Positions 13,150 to 23,456 of a stretch of 64,000 nucleotides of DNA are shown here, piece after piece. The stretch comes from Callorhinchus milii (lineage: Eukaryota): the NCBI RefSeq assembly GCF_018977255.1, contig NW_024704743.1, positions 69,194,001 through 69,258,000 of the forward strand, in the 5' to 3' direction. A program made the translations under genes and the position numbers. Every line of letters starts with the position of its first letter. Position 1 is the first letter of the stretch. The notes below the pieces were generated by a model, which did no database searches, had not been told where the DNA came from, and worked only from the letters and a program-made list of their open reading frames with translations.

Positions 13150-14620
13150 GTAATCATCACATCCTACAAACAATTTCCATTCCCACGTTAGGTGTGTCCC
13201 GTTCAACGTTACACCGTTTATGTATTGGAAGTGGTGCAGAGTTTTTTTTTCTCGAGTTAATGCACTGTGCAATGCATCACACGTCGATCTATCTCTCCAT
13301 CACAGACATAGAACTAGCACACGATATAACATCTGCTGCGAGGCATCCCTTTACCTGCAAGGCATCCGTGGCTGTCTATGGTCCTGATCCATAACAACCG
13401 TTCAATCATTGCTTAAACGGCTAATGCAGGTCTGGCCGTGCGTTATGTCAAAACTGATGCATTACCTGGTGCTGTAGCATACACAAGGAGGCAGTGAGAT
13501 CAGTTTTTTTTTTTTTGCACAGCAATTTTTAAATGAAGATCACTTGAAGGATACAGTGAGAAACAAATCAAGCAGACAGGACTCTACCTGTACAATGATG
13601 TTCTGAGCAGGAATCATGCTTCACTGAGCTGACTAGATCAAATGCAAACGCCTCATGGTTAGCTTTGGAGTAACAGTCCGTAAGTCAATCCTGGCTTCAC
13701 CATAGCCCGGCACACACAACAGTTGTTACAGTGAGTGTGTGTGTGAGAGAGAGAGAGAGAGAGACAGATAGATGCTGCACACTTCATTTCCGTTCCACCC
13801 TCTGCCTCACTCTGGGCACCAGACAGCTGCAACCAACCAGCATCAATCTCCCTTCTCTTCTGCTGCTTGCCCACCCTCCTGGTTCCAGCCTCCCCCCCCC
13901 CCACCCCCCCACCCCCTCCCCACATACACACACTACTACAGTACCACACACACACACACAGACACAGATCAAGCAAAATGCTCAGCAGAGCCTTGTCAAT
14001 TCTGCAGCTGGAGACCTCCCTGCCCCAGAGGACTGCCCCCTTTTTGCTATAATTTCTGCCCAGGCTGCTGCAGCACCGACTGAGGTTTCCTCTGTGCTGA
14101 GGATTGCCACTGTTTTTGTCTCAGTCTACCTACTGCATTATGCAATTTTGAGCATACACATGTCTTTATGCATCTGTTATTTTTTTTCAAAAAGAGAACA
14201 ACGTTATGTTTCAAACCCCATTATAACGAGGTACTATTTCTAACTCTGACCCTTTGACATAATTTATTATAAATCTTGTCCGCATTTCATTATGTGTGGC
14301 TTTTATGGAAATACATTATACATTAAGCATGTCAGGTTGCGATCCAGCGCATCCCAATCCTCTTCTCTGAATAACAATAAATAAATCAAGCAACATTCTG
14401 GGCATGTAACTAGAAAGTGGCAAAGAGATGAGAAATTATGCAAGAAGATGCACCCAAACATAGATCTGTAATTTCTGAATTATTCGATACGTACCTCAGG
14501 GCCATTCAGGGAGGTACCTTGCACAGAGCAGACTGTTTACTATCTTTTTAACACCTTCAGATCCGGGGGAGGGAGAAACGATTAGCAATTCAGATGATTC
14601 GTGTACAAACTCCTGTTGTC
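13150..14620. promoter_or_regulatory. Repeat-poor, CpG-retaining block; candidate promoter or 5' exon region of an unidentified gene
   Basis: Many intact CpGs at 13180-13710, C-runs and microsatellites, several splice-donor-like sites, no recognisable TE. Confidence 0.35.
13731..13767. repeat. Compound (GT)n(GA)n microsatellite
   Basis: Seen directly in the sequence. Confidence 0.9.
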
Positions 14621-15844
14621 AAAGCAGAATGTTAAATCCATCCAGTGAGACAGCTAACTCTCTATCTCACTATTCGATCTGTTGGCTGGCAAATGCAACA
14701 CTTCCCTCAAAATCTGCACACGAAGCTGGAACAACTTCAATTTACATTGGCAATACCAGAATCTCTGAAATGGGATATTCATGTAAATTTGCTGTCCTTC
14801 AATAATTTTGCCAAACAATGTTTTGGGGTTAAAATGCTTTTTTTTTGGAAAGTTTACCTAGTCGGAATGGGTTACCCAGTTCTATTTTTTTAAAGAAAAA
14901 TAGAATTTCAACATATTAGTTACAAAAAGGAAATCTCTGATTTCAAACAATGAAAAGAGTTTAAAATATTTTAAATTATGCGGTAAACAAAGCAATGCTC
15001 ATTCATCACCTTGTACAGCATAATCCGATAACCCTTTGGGAGTTCTGTGTGAGAAAGAAATTCCAACATTTCCATCAGTAAATTTATGTCTGTGTTTAAT
15101 TTGTTTCCATAAGAGTACATTTACTTATGTGATTTTGTAGAAATAGTATAAATTTTTTAAAATTATAACCAGGTAACACTTCCAACTCTCATCCTTTGAC
15201 ATAATCTTGTCCACATTTATTTTTTTGTGACGTTTATGGAAATATAATATACATTAAACAGTTCCGCTGTTTCCGCTGATCAAAGTTACTGCTCCAGCTT
15301 TGTCTTGGGCTATATGAGAATCACAATATTGATCATGAGCTTGGGAGCGTCTTAAGTTGAGTGATAAACTGTGAAGTCAAAATGAGAACCAAATAATTTG
15401 TTGCAACTGCTGTTTCTGTGGCTTTGTGCTAACTATGGTTTGCTTGACCATAGACACAAATAACACCACATGTAGATACTGGCATACAATTATCAGGGGC
15501 TTTCTTTGATCATTTCTTGTGGCTATGAAAAGTGACAGCTTTGTCTCAGTCGGTAGCACTCTCACCTATGGGTCAGAAAGTTATGGGTTCAAGCCCCACA
15601 TTGGGACTTGAGCTTGTAGTTTACGGCACTCCAATGAAATGTTGGGGAAATGCTGCATTGTCAATGATGCTGCCCTTCAGTTAAAATGTTGAACTCAGAA
15701 CCCTGCTCAAAATGTGAGACTGTTTTCAAAGAAAAAGGAGTTTCTCGCAGTTATTGCAGTTTATCTACAAGCAATTCTCCAGATAAATTTGGTCATCCCC
15801 TTCATAATGATATGTGGGTGTCATATTTGTCTACAAATTTGTCT

Positions 15845-16115
15845 ACAGCCTGTGGAGGGAAGAGTTTGGGATGGCCAACAAGCAGGGAGTTTGTGTAGTC
15901 GTGCCTGGATGTGATGAATGCGTGGTTGAGAGTCTCGGTGGCCTGCGGTGGCCTGCGGTGAGAGACAGTGGCGGAAACTGCAATGTTGCGGAAATGGGGA
16001 AAGGCAGAGCAGATCATGGCACAGATGTGGGGGATAAAGGACAGTTGAGGATCGAACAGGATGCCAAGGTTCTGTATTGGCTCTGTGAGGTGCATCCATG
16101 AAAGGTGATCCTGCA
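15845..16115 (-). mobile_element. L2 LINE fragment
   Basis: NLGILFDPQLSF, HAFITSRHDYTNSLL. Confidence 0.8.
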
Positions 16116-16585
16116 CTCCATTAAATGCAAGGATTATTACAACCATAAGATCTGCTGTTTTAGAGAATAATGATTGTTGAAGTAGATGATCCAGAAGAGT
16201 AGTTAATCCTCAGATAGAGCTCTGAGGTCTTGAACACACCTGCCAATATAAACAGAAATTTTGCAGGCATCAAGGTTTAGGAGATGATGTACAACTTTCC
16301 AATGCTAGATCTTGGTACAACTGATTGAGTTCCATCATTTCAATAAAAATAAAATATGTGACCATAGATTGATCATGCCTGTTTAGCAAAGATGTTCGGG
16401 GTTCTTCCTTAAGAAGTACTCTCTGAGAAATACTGCAAGGAAGCCCCCATGATTTGTAACACTGCCTATCCATGTAAATTTCTGAAAAGAAGGGATAAAT
16501 GGGATTGGTTCAATTGTTAGAACAAACAATTCATTATGTTCCACCATTTTGGAGCTCATCTAAGGATCATACAGCTTTGAGCTGA

Positions 16586-17890
16586 TCTTTTTTGGTGGGT
16601 CAGCCGGGTGTCTGACACATGCAGAAACCCATCACCATGCTTAAGAGTATCCAAACCAAACTGAGAATTCCAGGCATTTCACGTACACATAAAAATTCCA
16701 GAGATATTTGTTGGAATGAAATGCTCACTCTCTCCCTGGAGGGATGCATCCTGCTTACCCGATTTCAGAGAGTATTAGGCGCAGGTTCGCAAGAGCCAAG
16801 ACTTGGGGACCCCAGTACGTTGGGATACTGCTGAAGTCTAATTAGCTAAAACAACATAGCTTGCCATTGATAGCACTGTCTGGAAAGCTTTCCCACTGCT
16901 TGTCTAGCTAGGAACATCCTACCCATTAGGGCTTTGGTTTGCAGGGCTAACAGGAGCTGAGTGAGAGGATTCCCTGCCTTCAGTGTCTGGTCTGCCTTCC
17001 AGGTCCCGATGATGTGCCAGCCTGGCAGTGCTGTCATCAGCAGTGCCCTGGAATATTGCTGATCCACCTGGCTCAGGAAACAGACAACCGAGATCGTCAC
17101 AGAGGGCTAGCTCAATTCTGACATCCCGGTACCAAGCCATGTCAGCTCCACAGAGACCCAACTTACCTACGCTCCCCAAGGAGGATAGTCACTAGTTGGT
17201 TGTTCAACATCCAATAAGCACGGGTTTGAGCCCTTACTAGATGCAGGTAGGTACCAGGAACTCCCTGCAAGCTTCCCGGTGGGCATCACAGCTCAGCATG
17301 AAATGCTAACATCTTCCTGTCCGCTGCTCGGGCACACATTCCTTTCCATTCAGCGATGGTTCCACCAGTTGGTGGTGCGGAGTTTAAGCAGCAGGTGTTT
17401 GCCTCTCTGCAGGCCAATCAAGGTGGATTCCTTGGTGTTCACGAACTTGGAATCCAGGTAACAACTTCCAGCAGCTGATACCCAAGCCTCAGAGTTCCCC
17501 ATCAGTTATCTGGCGGGCATCTGCCTTTAGCGTGATGGGAGGATCTTTACAGGACAACTTGTGACATACCAGCCAACTTGATGTTCTCGGGCCCCAGATT
17601 GAACAGTTCTACCTATCACTTTTACAGTTTGAACCTGAAATTGAACCTGGCTACTCTTGCATAATGAAGCCTCTCCAGATCAATACTTCTCTTGCAATCC
17701 TTGTCATTCTTTCCAGTGGTCACCTCTCTCAGTGAGGTCGTTCCTGTGGTCCACAACCGATGTCAGACCATTGTTAATCCTGGTTTTCACTCCCTGTCCC
17801 AACTAAATAATTTGCCAGTTTGCTTACAGGTATACTGGAGTTACACATGTCTGAGGCCATGTCCCAGTTTGAACAAAGAATATTAAACTC
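16586..17890 (-). mobile_element. Non-LTR retrotransposon 3' portion (RTEX-like): decayed ORF2 C-terminal zinc knuckle, about 550-nt 3'UTR and A-rich end
   Basis: Frameshift-corrected YLDSKFVNTKESTLIGLQRGKHLL...ERNVCPSSGQEDV.HFMLSCDAHREACREFL; ends GTGTCAGACACCCGGCTGACCCACCAAAAAA. Clade assignment is inference. Confidence 0.6.
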
Positions 17891-18399
17891 TAAATTATAG
17901 ATCCAGCAAAACATACAGTACAGTAGGAGGTTATTTTAACTATTGTATCTATGTCAGTATTTGCTTTTTCAATGAAGTCATCTATCCTAATCCAAATTCC
18001 CTGTTCATTCTCTGTACCCACTAATACCCCTCCTCCGTATGTGCTTGTTTAATTCCTTATTAAATTACCCAATCGACTGCTTCAACAGCTAATCCCCGCA
18101 ATTCAATCCATATTCTGATAATGCTCTGGGAGAATATTTTTTCTGATGTCCCCTTTCACACTCTTAGCTATAATCTTAAATACATTTTGTGAAGATGAAA
18201 TTTGAGATTCACACCATTTAACCATTCCATCGCCTTCTATCCTGTATTTTTCCTGCTCTTTGCTCTTTCATTGCTCCCTCCCTCCCCTTTTGCAAAAAAT
18301 AGCTCTTTGACTGCACTTTTGGTCATCTTGCCCCTTCCCACTCCTCTCAGCACCCAGCCTGAACTTGGATGCATATCCAGCACTGTGAAGCACTTTGAG

Positions 18400-18690
18400 A
18401 TAATAATAATAATCTTGCATTTGATATAACGCTTTTCACGTCGGGAGGACGTGCCAAAGCGCTTCACAGAACACACTGTAAAGTGAATTGACTGTATATT
18501 TGTGGGCGAACGCGGCAGCCAATTGCGCACCGCAATGTCCCACAAACAGTCATAGATTGAAAATGACTAATTTATTATTGTTTTTGGTTTTGGAGGGATT
18601 ATTATTAGGCGTGTGGAGTAAGGAAACTTGCCCAAGGTTTCGCCCTGCCTGGAATTGAACTCAGGTTTCTCACTTGCAAAGCGAGTGCTG
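18400..18690 (-). mobile_element. Same SINE family, head truncated
   Basis: AATCTTGCATTTGATATAACGCTTTTCACGTCGGGAGGACG...GGAGTAAGGAAACTTGCCCAAGG. Confidence 0.9.
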
Positions 18691-20019
18691 ATGTGATGGA
18701 TCATAGTTGCAAGGCACTGAATGAACACACTCTTATTGTCTCAGGTAGTTTAGAAATGCCTTGTTGTACTCATTGTTAAAAATCTCGTTTTTCTTGGTTC
18801 AGTTCAAGTGTAAATTGATATCATTAAGTCTAGAGTGAGGAGACAGATTGTCACCATATAGTGATACTGCGAACACATGCTTCTTACTGGAATATAGTCT
18901 CTTCCTGTCTCTCTCCTCCATCCATTTGTGAAGGCATCTATCTGATGAATGCGGTACAATAAATAGCTTTACCAAGGATATGTTGCCCAAGAATTATTAG
19001 CATTAAAGTTTAGCAGATTCTTAGAAATTCAAAAAATAAGGGATATTGTCATCGGAACCTTAATCTAGACATGTCTAAATTGTGTTAGTTTGGCTCAGTT
19101 TGTAGCATCCTCTCCTCTGAATAGGAAGGTTGTGTGTTCAAGCCCCACATCAGGACGTGGAAAAGGTTGTCATGTAGTCTACACTGACACTCCAATGCAT
19201 CTCCAACAATGCAACACCCCCAGCACTGCATCAGAATGTCATCTTAGACAATGTGTTGATGTGATTCTAAGTCCCGATGTGGGGTTTGAACCCACATCGG
19301 TCAGTCTGGTGCAATGGTTGGAAAGAGTGCTACCACTGCACTAGACTAACATTTAGTGTCTTTTAGGATTTCAAAAGGAACAGTTGCAACTGATCACAAA
19401 GCATTGGAGGTGGAAGAGAATCAGCTAAAGAGCACGATAAAACAGATCAAGAAAAGCGTGCTGATATTATGAAGCAAATTAATTATTTTGCTTTTGAAAC
19501 TAGAAAGTTAACTCACTCCTGTCAAGCGGCATTTTCCAACATTAATTGAGTAAAGATTTGAGGCTATTAGTTGTATCATGACACTTTTACAGAGAATATT
19601 CAGTCTGTAGTATTGTATTTTTATGTGCAATTACTGTAGCTAGATATGTATTGCCTCAGTTAGTTTAGAAGGCCATGGCCTTGTTGTACTCTGTTAAAAA
19701 TCTTGGTTCAGTTCAAGTTCTTTGAGACATCTCGAAGATGGAATAAGGCGCTATATCAAATGCATGGATTATTATAAGTGTATGTTGATATCATTAAGTC
19801 TAGAATGAGGAGAGATTGTCACCATAACTCATTACCTCTGGTGTACTATGACTAGTTCAATTCCAGGATTGACACTTTAAATCAAGGTGTAAAACTGGAC
19901 TACATTTTACAGTAAGAATTTACTTCTTTGATAATGCTGCATTTTTCATGCTGTAAATGACACAAACTTGTCATTTGAACATTTACATGTCATATATAGT
20001 CTAAGCTGACACTCGATGG

Positions 20020-20351
20020 ATTGCTGAGGTTGTGCTGCCATTGCTGGAGATACCGTCTTTTTGATGAGACATTAAACCGAGGCCCGTCTGCTTGTTCAGT
20101 TGTACGTTAAAGATCCCATGGCATTGTTCAAAAAGTGAATGGAATTTCTCTCATTGTCCTGACCAATCCCCCAAATAGAAATGGTCATTCACTTCATGGC
20201 TGTTTCTGGGATATTGCTGTGCCCAAATTGGCTGCCTTGTTTGCCCGCAAAACACATCAGTCATTGCACTTTACATATATCTTGTGAATGGCTTTGGGAC
20301 ATCATCCTGATGTGAAAGGCGTTATATCAAATGTAATAATTATTATTATTA
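20020..20351 (+). mobile_element. Older DeuSINE with the full Deu domain (SacSINE/AmnSINE-like); related copies at about 11790-12085, 15530-15830, 30070-30315, 40430-40762 and 41260-41575
   Basis: CCGTCTTTTTGATGAGACATTAAACCGAGGCCCGTCTG...TAAAGATCCCATGGCA...GCTGTGCCCAAATTGGCTGCC. Confidence 0.8.
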
Positions 20352-21095
20352 TGCTGTTTTGGACTGTAAATAGGGCCCTATGGGATAGGGCTTCAGTTTA
20401 ATATCTCATCCTAAGCACGGCAGTTCCAACAATGCAGCACTTCCCCACGAGAGTGGAATACCATCCTACTCTAATCGAAAGTCCCGATGTGGAGCTTGAA
20501 CCCACACCCATCTGACTCAGAGGCGAGCAGGGCTACTCCTGTTCCTGTAATTTTAGACAAGCATCAAATATTTTAGAACTACAGAATTAGCCACAGGTAA
20601 ACTTGATGATCGTTAATGGTGTGCTAAATCAACATTACACTGAAGCTAAGGCACTTACCAGATTCACTGGTAAATAATCCATTTCAGTCTCCATCCTGCC
20701 TTCTGTACAGTAAAGGTTGAAGAGTTCGATCATAGCTTTTTTCCAGCTCTATGAACACTTTCAATTGCTGTTCCCGTGTTCCGTCTGGCTTGTTGGTTAA
20801 GAAGACAATCTATTTTCTCTGCTAGTTGTCTTTACATTATTAAAGCTTTTTAAGACCTTCTGCCAAATTCTTCACTTGTTGGATATGACATTCAAGCACT
20901 TCATTATCTGCTCCCCAGGCTAACCTCCTAGTATGTGCATTAGAAGGCGAATGCACTCTTAACAGTGCTTTCTGAATGAAAAAGGCACATCCGAGTCAGT
21001 AAAACATCTCCTTTCTAAATTGTTAGTTTGTAATTGCTTGTCCAGCACATCTGCATTTCCTCCACCCGGGGAATATAGAGTCAAGAGAAAACAAA

Positions 21096-21300
21096 ACACA
21101 AAATACTGCAGATGCTGTAAATCTGAAAACAAAAACAGAAGTCGCTGGGAACACTCAGCAGGTCAGGCAGCATCTAGGGAGAAAGGAAAGTGAGTCAATG
21201 TTTTGGGTTCACAATCCTTTGTCAAAACTGTGGTATGTTGGGAGGGAGAGGCTTTTAAGGGCTAACAGAGAGGGGGGAGGCAGGGCAAGGAAAACAAAGG
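21096..21300 (-). mobile_element. Penelope-like terminal fragment with a decayed hammerhead ribozyme motif; second fragment at 55318-55410
   Basis: AAATACTGCAGATGCTG..AATCTGAAA..ACTCAGCAGGTCAGGCAGCATC, a repeat I recognise as common in sharks; minus strand TTGACAA-AGGATT-GTG-AACCC-AAAACATT. Confidence 0.6.
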
Positions 21301-21384
21301 AGAAAATGGGGTAATGAATGGGTCATTTGGTGACTGCAGAATCAAATGGGACATAATCTAATGGTTAGTAATAGAAAATACGGA

Positions 21385-21840
21385 TTATCACGGTTGCTAA
21401 ATGATTCCTAGAAGTTAAGAGATGGAGCTTTGAGGAAAGGTTGGCGACTCCAAGACTTTTGTCTGTTGAACAGATAAGATTAAGGAGACATGTAATAGGT
21501 GTACTGAAGATTAACAAGGAAAATTCACTTTCTGATTTGTTTTCTGCTGTGTATTAAATTCAACAATAAGTGGGGGTCATATCCTCAAAATAAGGGCAAC
21601 AAAAGAGAAGAAATGCAGGAGACAATTTTTTAATACAAAAACAATCGGCATATAGAATATATTACTAGTACATGTGAAAAAACAAGAATCTAAAAAGAGT
21701 TTCAATCCAGAACTAGCCAGGTTCCTGATAACTAAAAGGATTAAGCTTTATCAGATTTAGAGATAGATACATCAAAGGAACCTTGTGGGATATTGGATGG
21801 GTAGGTTAGATAGCCCGATGGTTTACACCTGCCTGTAACT
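21385..21840 (+). mobile_element. Old degenerate CR1 3' end
   Basis: AGATTAAGGAGACATGTAATA (RLRGD-like) and GGGGGTCATATCCTCAAAATAAGG (RGHxLK-like) remnants. Confidence 0.6.
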
Positions 21841-22094
21841 GTGACAATAGATAAGATTTCTTAATACAAACTGCATAATTATCAAAATTTATAAAAATAT
21901 CCAATGTGATTATTGAATTTCTAAAATATTATTGACTATTATTCAACGCATTCAATATTTTAAAATCTAATAAGTGCACATTTCTTATTATGGAATCTGT
22001 TAAGAAATATCGTAAATTCAAAGACCCCTGTGTTACTAATGTGAGGAAAATTGCAACTAAGATTGAATAGGAATCAACTGTTGGTATTGTATAA

Positions 22095-22333
22095 AACCTT
22101 GGGCAAGTTTCCTTATTCCACACGCCTAATAATAATCCCTCCAAAACCAAAAACAATAATAAATTGGTTATTTTCAATCTACGACTGTTTGTGGGACACT
22201 GCTGTGCGCAATTGGCTGCTGCATTCGCCCACAAATATACAATCAATTCACTTTACAGTGTGTTCTGTGAAGCGCTTTGGGACGTCCTCCCGACGTGAAA
22301 AGCACTATATCAAATGCAAGGATTATTATTATT
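22095..22333 (+). mobile_element. Same SINE family, 5'-truncated
   Basis: AACCTTGGGCAAGTTTCCTTA...ATCAAATGCAAGGATTATTATT. Confidence 0.9.
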
Positions 22334-22480
22334 AAAATCAAACATTCAAGTTACTTTTCAACTTGTGCTGTATTTGTTTTGTGGCAAAGGGTTTGCTCTT
22401 TGAGGTCAGATCCAGGGAACTAGCCAACAAATTATACAGATTACATTTGTATTGTGCCTTTCACATCAGTAGGACGTCCC

Positions 22481-23456
22481 TACTGACAGCCTGCCTGTCC
22501 GACATCGAGTCCTGGACGAGAGACAACTTCCTTCAGCTCAACGTGCGAAAAACCGAGGCCCTCCTGATTGGCTCACGTCAGCGCCTCCGCACCTCAGGCG
22601 CTGACACCATCAGCATCCAAGGCTGCACTCTCCACCTCTCAAAGCCAGTCAGGAACCTCGGCGTTTTGTTCGACCCTGAGCTGTCCTTTCTCCCTAACAT
22701 CCGCACTACAACTGGCACCGCCTTCCATCACCTTCGGAACATCGCCAGACTACGGCACTACCTCACCCCTCACGCTGCTGAAACCCTGGTCCACGCCTTT
22801 GTCACCTCAAGGCTGGACTATGGGAACTCTCTCCTCGCCGGCCTTCCCGCCACCTCCCTCCACAAGCCGCAGGTCATTCAGAACTCTGCAGCTCGTGTAC
22901 TGTCCAGCACCAGACTTCACGACCACATCACTCCCACCCTCGCTCGCCTCCACTGGCTCCCCATCCCCCAGAGGATTGATTTCAAGATCCTCATCCTCAC
23001 CTACAAGGCCATTCACGGCCTCGCTCCCTCCTACCTCTCCAACCTACTATCCCCCTACCTACCTGCCCGTACCCTCCGTTCCTCTGGCTCCGGTCTGCTC
23101 GACGTCCCCCGCCCCAACCGCCCTACCATCGGTGGCCGGGCCTTCAGCCTCTCAGCCCCGAGGCTCTGGAACTCCATCCCCCAGTACCTTCGCCGCCTCC
23201 TCCCTTTCCTCCTTCAAGGCCGGTCTCAAAACCTTTCTCTTTGACCGAGCCTTCAGCTCCCCTCTCGACTCTCTTCCCCCTCCTCGCTCCCTCCCTTCCC
23301 TCTCCTCACCCTGACCATTTCCCCCCTCCTCGCTCCCTCCCTCCCCTCCCCTGACCATTTCCCCCCTGCTCAGGTCATGACCCAACTGTGCAGTGCCTTG
23401 GGACGTCCTCCTGACGTGAAAGGCGCTTTATAAATGGAATCTTGTTGTTGTTGTTG
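22481..23456 (+). mobile_element. Young L2 LINE, 5'-truncated, nested in an older antisense L2 tail
   Basis: Long stop-free ORF2 C-terminus ([25 protein letters not shown]), (TTG)n tail, GTCCC at both junctions. Confidence 0.95.

Noticed and set aside
13659..13703. MVKPGLTYGLLLQS as a COLQ signal-peptide exon
   Set aside because: Stop after 14 codons, and no PRAD (CCLLTPPPPP) or collagen exons were found in the window.
22363..23244. 293-aa ORF as a host gene
   Set aside because: It is the L2 ORF2 C-terminus with an incidental upstream start.
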